Of a stretch of 64,000 nt of DNA, positions 1-10,271 are shown piece by piece. The notes below the pieces were generated by a model. The model had not been told where the DNA came from, did no database searches, and saw only the letters and a list, made by a program, of their open reading frames with translations. Position 1 is the first letter of the stretch, and each line of letters opens with the position of its first letter. The position numbers were made by a program, and so were the translations under genes. Location: the NCBI GenBank assembly GCA_046733845.1, contig JBKPPY010000020.1, positions 5,534-69,533 of the forward strand, read 5' to 3'. The stretch comes from Actinomycetota bacterium (GTDB taxonomy: Bacteria; Actinomycetota; Thermoleophilia; Gaiellales; Gaiellaceae).

Positions 1-1
1 C

Positions 2-2161
2 AAGGACTACGCCCTCGCCGTCGGCCGGACGCGCCACATCGGCGAGCCGGTCGTGGCCGTCGTCGCCGAGTCCAGAGAGCTCGCCCGCGACGCCGCGGAC
101 CTGGTCGAGGTCGACTACGAGCCGCTCGATGTCCTGGTCGACGCCCGTAGGGCAGAGGACGACGGCGCCCCGGTTCTGCACGAGGACGCAGGCACGAACG
201 TCGTCTGGTCGGGCACGTTCGACTGGGGCGACGTCGACGGCGCCCTGAAGGCGGCAGACCGGATCGTCAAGATCAAGGAGCTCCACTTCGACCGGTTCTC
301 CTCGACGCCGCTCGAGTGCTCCGCCGCGCTGGTCGAGCACGACCGCGGCACCGGCCAGTTCACGCTCCACTGCAACCACCAGATGCCCGGCGTCGCGGCG
401 ATCTGGATGGGGCCGGCGCTGCGCGTGCCACTCGACAAGCTCCGCTTCGTCACCCAGGACATCGGCGGCGGCTTCGGCAACAAGATCACGACCCACGTCC
501 AGCTAACGGCCTGCTGCCTGCTTGCCCGGAAGCTGAAGCGGCCGATCCAGTGGACGGAGTGGCGCACCGACCAGCACACCTCGAACGCCCACGGCAACGA
601 GCGCTGGTTCCATGACATCGAGGTCGCCGTCCAGAACGACGGCACGATGCTCGGCTTCAAAGTCAAGGCCCTCGACGACTGCGGCGCCTTCCCGCGCTAC
701 GAGCCGCTCGGCTGCATCATCTGGGCGCAGGTCACCCCAGGGCTTTACCGCTGGCGCAACATCCGCGTCGAGTTCACCCAGGTGGTGACGAACAAGTCGC
801 CGGTCGCGCCGAACCGCGGCTACTCCCGGATGCAGCAGCTCTGGCTGACCGAGCGGATCTGCGACATCGTCGCGCACCAGCTCGGCCTCGACCCCGTCGA
901 TGTGCGGAAGAAGAACTACGTACGAGCGGACGAGATGCCCTACGAAACGCCGAACGGGTGCGTGTACGACTCGGGCGACTACGCGCGCTGCCTCGACATC
1001 GCGCTCGATCTGGTCGACTTCGACGCCGTCCGCGAACGCCAGACGAGCGAAAACGGAAAGCTGATCGGAATCGGGATCGGCTCGACACTCGACTCCGGCA
1101 CGAACAATTTCGGCCAGTCGACGCTCCTCAACCCCGAGCTGCAGTTCTCCGGAAACAACGAGGTAGCGACGATCAAGCTCGACATCTTCGGCGAGATCGT
1201 CCTCACCCTCGGTACCGTCCCTCAGGGGCAGGGTCACGAGACGGTCGCGAGCCAGGTCGCCGCCGACATCCTCGGCGTCTCGCCCGACCAGATCCACGTG
1301 CGACCGGGCCACGACTCGTACTGGAACTCTCACGCCGGCTTCTCGGGCACGTACGCGAGCCAGTTCGCGGTCACCGGCCTCGAGGCGGTGAAGGGCGCCG
1401 CAGAAAAGCTTTCGCTCGAGATCCGCCGCCTCGCAGGCGGCGTGCTCGGCGGCGCCGACCCGGACGACATCGTCCTCGAAGGCGGTTTCGCGAAGCGCAA
1501 AGACAACCCCGAGGCGGCACTCCCGTTCATGGCCTGCGGGGCGATCATCAACGCGAACAACGCCGTCCTTCCGCCCGAGCTTCGCGACATCACCCTCAAC
1601 TGCCGCCACGTCTACGTGCCGCCGTTCGAGCTGCCCGACCCCGAAAGGAAGTTCGGCAACCTGACGCTGACGTACGCGACCCAGATCCACGCCTGCGTCG
1701 TCGAGATCGACCCGGAGACCGGTGAGGTCGAGATCGCCGACTACGCCGCCGTCGACGACTGCGGCATCCGGATCCATCCGCAGATCGTCGAGGGCCAGGT
1801 GCACGGCGCGACCGTCCACGGGATCGGCGCCGCCCTCTACGAGACGTTCGCGTACGACGAGGACGGCAACCTCTTGACGTCCAACTTCTACGACTACCAC
1901 GTGCCCCACGCGCTCGACCTGCCGTCGATCAAGACCGGGCACATCGAGAGCCCCTCGCCGTTCTCCTCCCTCGGCACGAAGGGGATGGGCGAGGGCGGCG
2001 GTGCCGCGATCCACGCGATCTGCGCCGCGATCCAGGACGCGCTCCGCCGCGCGGGCTCCAAGGCGGTTGTCAACGATTCGTTCAACCCGCCCGAGCGGGT
2101 CTGGCGGATGCTCCAGGCCCCGGAGGAGACGGCGGAACTCGTGGAGGTCACGCAACAGTGA
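2..2161 (+). CDS. Molybdopterin-dependent oxidoreductase, xanthine dehydrogenase/CoxL-family large subunit (5' end outside window)
   Basis: The frame is open to the window edge; codons upstream of 53 read KDYALAVGRTRHIGEPV. Family motifs DIGGGFGNK and GTKGMGEGG are present. The loop PNRGYSRMQQ replaces the CO-dehydrogenase signatures. Confidence 0.85.
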   Translation, partial: KDYALAVGRTRHIGEPVVAVVAESRELARDAADLVEVDYEPLDVLVDARRAEDDGAPVLHEDAGTNVVWSGTFDWGDVDGALKAADRIVKIKELHFDRFSSTPLECSAALVEHDRGTGQFTLHCNHQMPGVAAIWMGPALRVPLDKLRFVTQDIGGGFGNKITTHVQLTACCLLARKLKRPIQWTEWRTDQHTSNAHGNERWFHDIEVAVQNDGTMLGFKVKALDDCGAFPRYEPLGCIIWAQVTPGLYRWRNIRVEFTQVVTNKSPVAPNRGYSRMQQLWLTERICDIVAHQLGLDPVDVRKKNYVRADEMPYETPNGCVYDSGDYARCLDIALDLVDFDAVRERQTSENGKLIGIGIGSTLDSGTNNFGQSTLLNPELQFSGNNEVATIKLDIFGEIVLTLGTVPQGQGHETVASQVAADILGVSPDQIHVRPGHDSYWNSHAGFSGTYASQFAVTGLEAVKGAAEKLSLEIRRLAGGVLGGADPDDIVLEGGFAKRKDNPEAALPFMACGAIINANNAVLPPELRDITLNCRHVYVPPFELPDPERKFGNLTLTYATQIHACVVEIDPETGEVEIADYAAVDDCGIRIHPQIVEGQVHGATVHGIGAALYETFAYDEDGNLLTSNFYDYHVPHALDLPSIKTGHIESPSPFSSLGTKGMGEGGGAAIHAICAAIQDALRRAGSKAVVNDSFNPPERVWRMLQAPEETAELVEVTQQ

Positions 2162-2643
2162 AAGTCGAAGGCACGAAGGAGTTCGACGCCCCCGCCCAGC
2201 TGGTCTGGGACGTCCTGAACGACCCGTCGAAGATGGCCAAGCTCTTGCCCGGCGTGGAGAGCTTCGAGATCCAGGACGACCGTCACTGGAAAGCGTCAGT
2301 GAAGATCCCGCTCGGAATGGGCGGGCTGAAGCTGAACTTCAGCTTCGAGAAGGTCGAGGAGCGGCCGATCGAGTACGCCAAGCTCGCTTCGAAGGGCCAA
2401 GGCGTCGGCGCGATCGTCGCGATGGAGACCGAGTTCCACCTGAAGCCGGACGGCGAGAAGACGAACATGGACTGGATCGCAGACGTCCGCGTCGCCGGGC
2501 CGATCGGCAGCATGGGCCAGCGCGTCTTCCAGCCGATCGTCAACCAGCAGGTCGGGAACGTCCTGAACGCGCTGGAGGAGCAGGTGGCCGAGGCGAAGGG
2601 TGACGGCGGGACCGACGGCGACGGGCCGACTCAGTCCGAGTGA
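2158..2643 (+). CDS. coxG: CoxG-family SRPBCC protein
   Basis: 161 aa beginning MKVEGTKEFDAPAQLVWDVLNDP..LLPGVESFE, typical of CoxG/SRPBCC. GTGA overlap with the upstream large subunit. Confidence 0.8.
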   Translation: MKVEGTKEFDAPAQLVWDVLNDPSKMAKLLPGVESFEIQDDRHWKASVKIPLGMGGLKLNFSFEKVEERPIEYAKLASKGQGVGAIVAMETEFHLKPDGEKTNMDWIADVRVAGPIGSMGQRVFQPIVNQQVGNVLNALEEQVAEAKGDGGTDGDGPTQSE

Positions 2644-3785
2644 CCGAGTCTCAGAAGGTCGAGCTCCAGCACCAGGTTCAGCTCGACTCGATCGTCTACG
2701 GCGTCTTCGTCGCGCGCGTCGCGAGCGACGGGTACCGGTTCGTCCACCGAGATGGGTGGCGGACGGTCGCCGACGAGCCCGATCTCGGCACGCCGCTGAT
2801 GAGATTCACGACCGAGCGCAACGCGACGACGCTCTACGTGATCGACGGGACGCTCACCCTCTTCGCCTTCGGCCCGGGGCACGTTCTCGTCCTCGCCGCC
2901 GCGAACGAGCAGGCGGCGGTCGACGGCCTGTTCGAGCGCTTACGGGAGCTGCTCCCGACTCCCGATCCGAGCTCCAAGCACGAGGTGCCGGTGACGTTCT
3001 GGACCTACGGCATGCAGGGTCCGCAGCAGTCCTGGCGCTCGATCGCCGTGCCGGGCTGGGACGAGATCGAGACCAACTACCGCGACCGCACGCGCGCACC
3101 GCTCGCAGAGCTCATGCGCGGGTTCCGGCCGGCCTCCGGCGGACAGCTGATCCTCTGGCACGGCCCCGCCGGAACCGGGAAGACTTTCGCGCTCCGCGCG
3201 CTGGCGTGGGAATGGCGCGACTGGTGCGAGTTCAGCTACATCGTCGACCCAGATGCATTCTTCGGCCAGCACGCCGACTACCTCATGTCGGTGCTGCTCG
3301 AGGACGGCGAGGGGGCGATGATGCGTCGGTTTCAAAGGGGATGGACGAGCTACGCCGCGCTCGGGCTCCACGGCACGGTAGAGATGGAGGTGGAGGAGGA
3401 AGAGGAAACCGAGCCGCCGTGGCGGCTGCTGATCCTCGAGGACGCAGGTGAGCTGATCCAGGCAGACGCACGCGCCGCCGCGGGACAGGGCCTGTCGCGC
3501 TTCCTCAACGTCGTCGATGGGCTCATCGGTCAGGGTCTGCGCGTGCTCGTCCTCGTCACCACCAACGAGGAGGTGCGCAGGCTCCACCCGGCCGTGGCGC
3601 GACCCGGCCGCTGCGCAGCGGAGGTGGAGTTCGGCCCGATGTCCGCAGCGGAAGCGGCGGCGTGGTGCGCGGCGCATGGGCTCGACGAGCACCCGGCGAG
3701 CGCGACCTCACTCGCATCGCTCTTCGCCCGGCTCGAAGGGCGGAACCCCGAGGAGACGGTCCTCCTCGGGTTTGCAGACACCTAA
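2640..3785 (+). CDS. AAA-family ATPase with N-terminal uncharacterised domain
   Basis: Walker A GPAGTGKT, Walker B LLILED and an arginine-finger-like ARPGR. GTGA overlap with coxG. An acidic run EMEVEEEEETE lies between the Walker motifs. Confidence 0.7.
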   Translation: MTESQKVELQHQVQLDSIVYGVFVARVASDGYRFVHRDGWRTVADEPDLGTPLMRFTTERNATTLYVIDGTLTLFAFGPGHVLVLAAANEQAAVDGLFERLRELLPTPDPSSKHEVPVTFWTYGMQGPQQSWRSIAVPGWDEIETNYRDRTRAPLAELMRGFRPASGGQLILWHGPAGTGKTFALRALAWEWRDWCEFSYIVDPDAFFGQHADYLMSVLLEDGEGAMMRRFQRGWTSYAALGLHGTVEMEVEEEEETEPPWRLLILEDAGELIQADARAAAGQGLSRFLNVVDGLIGQGLRVLVLVTTNEEVRRLHPAVARPGRCAAEVEFGPMSAAEAAAWCAAHGLDEHPASATSLASLFARLEGRNPEETVLLGFADT

Positions 3786-3825
3786 CGGAGCGCACTCGCC
3801 GGGCGGCCGAGGTCGTCGGCGCACT

Positions 3826-3845
3826 CTGAGCCGGCCCGGGCTCAG
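3826..3845. terminator. Hairpin between convergent genes (CTGAGCC-N6-GGCTCAG)
   Basis: 7-bp GC-rich inverted repeat spanning the stop codon of the aldo/keto reductase, 41 nt after the AAA ATPase stop. No T-tract. Confidence 0.3.
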
Positions 3846-4861
3846 CCGCGGTCGGGCGGGACCGCGACGGGCGGCGGCTGTGGCGCCTCCTCGGTGCCGG
3901 CTCCGGTCGACTCGACCGCAGCCTCGATCTCGGCCAGGGTCTGAGCGTCCAGGGCCAGAGCGTCCGCCCCGAGCCAGTCGTCCAGCTGGGATACGCGGCG
4001 GCCGCCGACGATCGCGCCCGTCACGCCGGGCACCGCGAGCACCCACGCGAGCGCGAGTGAGGCGACCGTCGTACCCAGTCTGGCGGCGATCGGCTCGAGC
4101 GCCTCGACCAGCGCGAGGTTCTGCGAGAGCTTCGGTTCCTGGAACGGCGGCGCGTTCCGCCGCCAGTCGTCCTCGGCGAGCCGGTCGAGCCCTTCGCGGT
4201 TGAACGAGCCGGTCAGGAGCCCAGAGGCCATCGGCGAGTACGCGATCACGCCGGTGCCGTTCTCGTGCGCCCACGGAATCAGCTCCCGGCGCGCGTGGCG
4301 GTTGAGGAGCGAGAGCGGCGGCTGGAGCGAGTCGACGTGCCTGATCGCCTCGCAGGCCTGCAGCCGCGAAACGTCGAAGTTGCAGACGCCGAGCCAGCGC
4401 ACCTTGCCTTCGTCGGCGAGCTCTACCATCGTCCCCCACGACTCCTCGACCGGCGTGCCCGTCCCGTAGTCGGGCCAGTGGAACTGGTAGAGGTCGATTC
4501 GATCGATCCCCAGTCGCCGCAGGCTCGCCTCGCACTCCGCCCGGATCGATTCCGGCCGAAGGTCGAAGTAGACCTCGCCGCCGCGCCACGGCCGGCCGCA
4601 CTTCGTGAACACCAACACCTCGTCGCCGACGCGGAACGGCTCGAGCGCCCTCCCGACGACCTCTTCGGAGTGGCCGTCGCCGTACGTCGGCGCCGTGTCG
4701 ACCCAGCTCACGCCCTCCTCGACCGCCCGCCGAATCGCCGCGATCGACTCCTCGTCGTCGACCGCTCCCCAGCCGAAGCGGTATTGGCCCGCCAGCGCCC
4801 ACGTGCCGAAGCCGAGCGCCGTGATCGCAGGCCCATCACGGCCGAGCCTACGGGTCACCAT
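3842..4861 (-). CDS. Aldo/keto reductase
   Basis: From the internal ATG 4861 the sequence reads MVTRRLGRDGPAITALGFGTWALAG...IDLYQFHWPD, a typical AKR. The 150 aa upstream in ORF 3842..5311 are Arg/Ala-rich and overlap the epimerase gene. Confidence 0.85.
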   Translation of the reverse strand: MVTRRLGRDGPAITALGFGTWALAGQYRFGWGAVDDEESIAAIRRAVEEGVSWVDTAPTYGDGHSEEVVGRALEPFRVGDEVLVFTKCGRPWRGGEVYFDLRPESIRAECEASLRRLGIDRIDLYQFHWPDYGTGTPVEESWGTMVELADEGKVRWLGVCNFDVSRLQACEAIRHVDSLQPPLSLLNRHARRELIPWAHENGTGVIAYSPMASGLLTGSFNREGLDRLAEDDWRRNAPPFQEPKLSQNLALVEALEPIAARLGTTVASLALAWVLAVPGVTGAIVGGRRVSQLDDWLGADALALDAQTLAEIEAAVESTGAGTEEAPQPPPVAVPPDRG

Positions 4862-5763
4862 GGCGCCGCCACTCCGTCCTTCAGCCGCCCCTCGGCGTCG
4901 AGGTAGTCGCTCCAAGAGCGCCGCGGCTCCCACCCGAGCAGCCGCCGCGCCTTCGAGCAGTCGATCGCCGACGCGTCGGGGCGGTCGAGCGGCCGCAGCT
5001 CGACCTTCGTCGCACCGTGGTAGCGCCGCACGATCTCCTCGAGCGGATGGCCGCCGATCGTGTCCGGCGACGCGACGTACAAGACCTCGTGGCCCGGCAA
5101 CTCCGACTCCACGGCGAGCACGGTCGCCTGGCAGAGGTCGTACACGTCCACATACGAGCAGAAATTGCCGATCAGCACCGACGGGTCGCGGACGATCGGG
5201 CCGAGGTTGCGCTCGTAGCTCCCGACGTCCTGCACCCAGCAGGGTCGGATCGAGATCGTCGCGATATCGGCCCGCTCCGGTGCCCGCTCCATCAGCAGCT
5301 CGCCGAACCATTTCGCGGTCGCGTACGAGTCCTGCGGCCGGACGGGATGCTGCTCGTCGATCGGCAGGTAGTTCGGCTCGAAGGGCCGGTGGGCGAAGAT
5401 GAAGCCCGGGGCCGTCTCACTGGAGAAGTTGACGAAGCGGCTCGCGCCGGCTGCGATCGCCGCCTCCAGCACGTTGAACGTTGACATCAGGTTGTTCCCG
5501 AAGACGACGTGCGGCGCGTGGTGGAGCGGCTGAGGGATTGCGGCCGTGTGGACGACCGCGTCGCAGCCTCGTACGAGCGCGTCGACGGATCCGACGTCGG
5601 TGAGATCGACCTGCCAGTAGTCATCGGCCTCCCGCGGATCCTCGTGCCGGTCCCAGGTGGGACGCGTGACGTCGCTTGCCCGCACGTCATGCCCCGCCCG
5701 CATCAGCGCCGGGACGAGCGCACGTCCGACCTTCCCGTGCGCACCCGTGACGAGGACCTTCAC
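4855..5763 (-). CDS. NAD-dependent epimerase/dehydratase family protein
   Basis: GTG 5763 gives VKVLVTGAHGKVGRAL (Rossmann GxxGxxG). GTGA overlap with the dehydratase stop at 5760. Confidence 0.8.
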   Translation of the reverse strand: MKVLVTGAHGKVGRALVPALMRAGHDVRASDVTRPTWDRHEDPREADDYWQVDLTDVGSVDALVRGCDAVVHTAAIPQPLHHAPHVVFGNNLMSTFNVLEAAIAAGASRFVNFSSETAPGFIFAHRPFEPNYLPIDEQHPVRPQDSYATAKWFGELLMERAPERADIATISIRPCWVQDVGSYERNLGPIVRDPSVLIGNFCSYVDVYDLCQATVLAVESELPGHEVLYVASPDTIGGHPLEEIVRRYHGATKVELRPLDRPDASAIDCSKARRLLGWEPRRSWSDYLDAEGRLKDGVAAPW

Positions 5764-7514
5764 AGGTAGGTGACGGCGTCGGCGACGACCGGGGAGCGGC
5801 CGCGGAGAAAGTCGAAGTCGCAGCCCTCGTTCGCCTGCAGGACGCGGTCCTCGTAGAGCCGCCGGTAGCCGCGGTCGTCCTTTCGCTCGGGCGGCTCCCA
5901 GACACTGCGGCGGCGCTCGAGCTCGCTCTGCTCGACGAGCAGGTCGAGCCGCCGCTCCTCGACGTCGAGCTGGATGCGGTCGCCGGTCTCGACCAGCGCC
6001 AGGGGACCGCCGACGGCCGACTCCGGGGCGACGTGGAGGACGACTGCTCCGTACGAGGTTCCGCTCATCCGAGCGTCGGAGATTCGCAGAAGATCGGTGA
6101 CGCCGCGCTTCAGGAGTTTGGCCGGAATCGGCAGGTGACCCCACTCCGGCATTCCTGGCGCACCGACCGGGCCGCCGTTCCGCAGCACCATCACCGAGTC
6201 CTCGTCGATGTCGAGAGCCTCGTCGTCGACCCGGGCCGCGAGGTCGTGGATGTCCTCGAAGACGACCGCACGCCCCTCGTGTCGCAGAAGCCGAGGGTCG
6301 GCGGCAGTGATCTTCATCACCGCTCCATCCGGGCAGAGGGACCCCCGCAGGACGACGAGGCTGCCCCCGGCATCAAGCGGGTCGTCGGCGGGCCGGATGA
6401 CGTCGCGGTCGACGATCTCCGTCGGAGATTCTGCGAGGTTCTCGCCGACCGTCTGCCCGGTCACGGTGATCGCGTCGAGCGCGAGCAGATCGGCGATCTG
6501 CGCCATGACTGCAGGCAGCCCGCCTGCGTAGTAGAAGTCCTCCATCAGGTGCTCACCGGCGGGCTTCAGGTTGACGAGCCAGGGCGTCGAGCGACAGAGC
6601 TCGTCGAAGAGTCCGAGGGGCAGATCGACCCCCACCCGGCCGGCGTAGGCGATCAGATGCAGGATCGCGTTGGTAGATCCGGAGATCGCGTGCAGGACGC
6701 GGATCGCGTTCTCGAAGGCGTCGCGGGTGAGGATGTCGGACGGCCGCACGTCACGTTCGACCAGTTCGACGATCGTCCGGCCGGCGGCTTCGGCGACCTG
6801 CGCTCGACGCGAGTCGACGGCGGGGATCGCGGCACCGCCGGGCAGCGTGAGGCCGAGCGCTTCCGTTACGCACGCCATCGTCGACGCCGTGCCCATCGTC
6901 ATGCAGTGCCCATTCGAGCGGGACATCGCGTTCTCGATCTCCTCGAACTCGACCTCCGTGATCCGGCCGGCGCGCAGCTCCTCGTTGTAGTGCCAGCAGT
7001 CGGAGCAGGACCCCAGCTCTCGACCACGCCAGCGGCCGTTCAACATCGGCCCGCCGGTGACGACGATCGACGGGATGTTCGCGCTGGCCGCGCCCATGAT
7101 CGACGCCGGATTCGTCTTGTCGCAGCCGGTGAGGAGCACGACGCCGTCGAGCGGGTACGAGCGGATCGACTCCTCCACGTCCATCGCCATCAAGTTGCGG
7201 TAGAGCATCGTCGTCGGTTTCATCAGCGACTCGCCCAGCGACATCACCGGGAACTCCATGGGGAAGCCGCCCGCCTGGAGGACCCCGCGCTTCACCGCCT
7301 GGGCGAGCCCGCGCAGGTGGACGTTGCAGTTGACGAGCTCGCTCCAGCTGTTGCAGATGCCGATCACGGGCCGTCCGCGGAAGGTCTCGTTTGTCACGCC
7401 GGTCGACTTCAGCCAGGATCGGTGCAAGAAGCCGTCGAGGTCACGCCGGTCGAACCACTCGCTCGATCGGCGCCCGTTGCCCGTGCCGTAGCTACCGTTC
7501 CGAATCGCTGACAC
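5760..7514 (-). CDS. IlvD/Edd-family dehydratase (dihydroxy-acid / sugar-acid dehydratase)
   Basis: Family sequence throughout (PVIGICNSWSE, LLTGCDKTNP, GGPML, CMTMGTAST). GTG 7514 is preceded by AAGGAGGAG with a 6-nt spacer. Confidence 0.85.
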   Translation of the reverse strand: MSAIRNGSYGTGNGRRSSEWFDRRDLDGFLHRSWLKSTGVTNETFRGRPVIGICNSWSELVNCNVHLRGLAQAVKRGVLQAGGFPMEFPVMSLGESLMKPTTMLYRNLMAMDVEESIRSYPLDGVVLLTGCDKTNPASIMGAASANIPSIVVTGGPMLNGRWRGRELGSCSDCWHYNEELRAGRITEVEFEEIENAMSRSNGHCMTMGTASTMACVTEALGLTLPGGAAIPAVDSRRAQVAEAAGRTIVELVERDVRPSDILTRDAFENAIRVLHAISGSTNAILHLIAYAGRVGVDLPLGLFDELCRSTPWLVNLKPAGEHLMEDFYYAGGLPAVMAQIADLLALDAITVTGQTVGENLAESPTEIVDRDVIRPADDPLDAGGSLVVLRGSLCPDGAVMKITAADPRLLRHEGRAVVFEDIHDLAARVDDEALDIDEDSVMVLRNGGPVGAPGMPEWGHLPIPAKLLKRGVTDLLRISDARMSGTSYGAVVLHVAPESAVGGPLALVETGDRIQLDVEERRLDLLVEQSELERRRSVWEPPERKDDRGYRRLYEDRVLQANEGCDFDFLRGRSPVVADAVTYL

Positions 7515-7533
7515 GTCGCTCCTCCTTGTCCGA

Positions 7534-8406
7534 ATGACTGAAATCGCCGACGGCATCCATCGCATCGAGAGCGACCTCGGCCCGCGCTTCATGTGTCAGT
7601 ACGTCGTCGCCGGCCGTGACCGCAGCGTGCTGATCGACACCGGGCTCGCCGAGACGCCCGCGGCGGTGATCGACCCGTATCTGACCCGGCTGGGCCTGGA
7701 GCCCGACTTCGTCCTGCTCAGCCACGCCGACAACGACCACGTTGGCGGCAACCGCGCCTTCCGCGACGCTCACCCGCACGCGGTCTTCGCGTGCCACGAG
7801 CTCGATCGGCGCTGGGTCGAGTCGAACGAGGCTCTGGTCAGCGAGAACTACGGCTGGCATGCCGCCTACGGGTTCCCGCCCATGGACGCCGACGAGCTGC
7901 TCGCGTCGATGAGCGGTAACGCCCCGATCGACGTCGGCCTCATCGGCGGCGAGACGATCCGGCTGGACGCCGAGCAGGTGGTCGAGGTCCTGCACCTGCC
8001 CGGCCACACGCCCGGTCACCTGGGGCTCTGGGACGAGCGAAACCGGGCCGCGATCATCATCGACGCGGTCCTCGCCGACGGCATCTACGACCGCGCCGGC
8101 AACAAGCTGATCCCGCCGCGCTACTACGACCTGGCCGCCTTGCGGCAGACGATTGAGCGGCTGGAGGCGATCCGGCCAGAGCTGCTGCTCACCGCCCACT
8201 ACCCGGTATTCGAACGGGACGACGCGCTCGAGTGGCTCGCGACCGGCCGGGCGTTCGTCGACGACGTCGAGCGGTCGGTGCGCGACGCGCCGGCCGACGA
8301 GCGCGCCGACCTGTGGACGCTGACGCAGCGCGTCGACGCCGCGCTCGGACCGTTCCCCCAGTTCATGACCGAGCTGGGAGCGACCGTCCGCGCGGCTGTT
8401 CACTAA
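7534..8406 (+). CDS. MBL-fold metallo-hydrolase
   Basis: Contains SHADNDHVGG (an HxHxDH-type motif) and LHLPGHTPGH. Divergent from the dehydratase gene with only 19 bp between the start codons. Confidence 0.75.
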   Translation: MTEIADGIHRIESDLGPRFMCQYVVAGRDRSVLIDTGLAETPAAVIDPYLTRLGLEPDFVLLSHADNDHVGGNRAFRDAHPHAVFACHELDRRWVESNEALVSENYGWHAAYGFPPMDADELLASMSGNAPIDVGLIGGETIRLDAEQVVEVLHLPGHTPGHLGLWDERNRAAIIIDAVLADGIYDRAGNKLIPPRYYDLAALRQTIERLEAIRPELLLTAHYPVFERDDALEWLATGRAFVDDVERSVRDAPADERADLWTLTQRVDAALGPFPQFMTELGATVRAAVH

Positions 8407-9406
8407 CGCACTCGGCGCATCACGACCGACTGCATGATCAGCGCCCCGACGATCACGGCGCCGTAGATCACCTGGGTCAGCAGACCCGTCCAGCCCAGCG
8501 AGACGATCCCCGGCTCGATCGCGCCGATCACGAACGCGCCGACGAAGGTGCCGAAGATCGTCCCGCGTCCGCCGAAGATCGACGTCCCGCCGAGGAAGAC
8601 CGCCGCCACCGTCGGTAGCATCGCGCCGCTCCCTACAGTCGGCCAGAAGTAGTTCGTCTCCAAGGTCGAGGCAATGCCGGCGAAGGCCGCGGTCATCCCC
8701 ACGAGCGCGAACACCGACACGCGGACCCGGTCGGAGCGCACGCCCATCATGCGGGCGCTCTGCTCGTTATCGCCGACCAGGTACACGTGCGCGCCGAAGC
8801 GGTGGCGGTTGAGCAGGATCCAGAGCACGATCGCGATGGCGAGCATCCAGAAGAACTCCGCCGGGATGCCGTGCCACCGGCCGGTGAGCAGACTCTGGAC
8901 GAAGCCGTTGGCGAAGTCGGTGCCGGCTCCCTTCCCCCCGGTCCTCCAGACCACGATCCCACCCCAGAAGAACCACGTTCCGATCGTGGCGACCAGCGAC
9001 GGAATGCCGAAGCGGACGACGATGAGCCCGTTCAAGAGCCCGACGCCAAGGCCCGCGGCGAGCCCAGCGAGAAGTCCGAGCTCGGGTTGCCCCACGGAAA
9101 CGAAGACCCAGGCTCCGACGGCCATTACCGAACCGAACGAGAGGTCGATCTCGCGCGCGATCACGACGAGCGTCAGCGAGAGCGCGATCATCCCCGTGAT
9201 CGGCACGGACGACATCAGCGAGCTGTAGATGTCGAAGTGGAGCCAGGTCTCCGACGCGCCGATCGCGAGGATCGTCCAGAGCACGAGCGCCATTGCGAAG
9301 GTGCCGAGCTGGAGCCCGTACCGCACTGGGAGGGTCTTGTGCCACGCCGCGGACGGCGTTTTCGCCGGCGTGGGCGACGGCAGCCCTGTCTGCGCCTCGA
9401 CGCGGC

Positions 9407-9410
<4 letters not shown>
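8403..9410 (-). CDS. Sugar ABC transporter permease (ribose/xylose-type)
   Basis: Polytopic hydrophobic protein of the RbsC/AraH type. GTGA overlap with the ATPase gene. Confidence 0.85.
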
Positions 9411-10186
<776 letters not shown>

Positions 10187-10207
10187 GGACGTTGCCGGAG
10201 TTTCGCA

Positions 10208-10243
10208 GAGAGCGGCGGCGCAAACGGCCGCGCCGCCGCTCTC
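10208..10243 (-). other. Intercistronic 14-bp perfect hairpin between the binding-protein and ATPase genes
   Basis: GAGAGCGGCGGCGC-AAACGGCC-GCGCCGCCGCTCTC, located in the 85-nt gap 10187..10271. Confidence 0.6.
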
Positions 10244-10271
10244 GTGGCGAATTCCGCGTCAGAACCTCCGT

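Noticed and set aside
503-2155. Long antisense ORFs in the track. Examples: 503..2155 minus (550 aa), 6033..7511 plus, 27520..29454 plus (644 aa), 48910..51126 minus (738 aa), 56040..58034 minus (664 aa), 43861..44355 plus and 46597..47844 minus.
   Set aside because: These are typical shadow ORFs of a very GC-rich genome. Their translations are Arg/Pro/Gly/Ala-rich and low in complexity. They lie fully opposite or out of frame to genes with clear family signatures, and no motif was recognised in them.
8403-8406. Overlapping convergent stop codons: CTAA at 8403..8406 and CTAG at 27463..27466.
   Set aside because: A real but trivial consequence of tight packing. No regulatory meaning can be argued from sequence alone.
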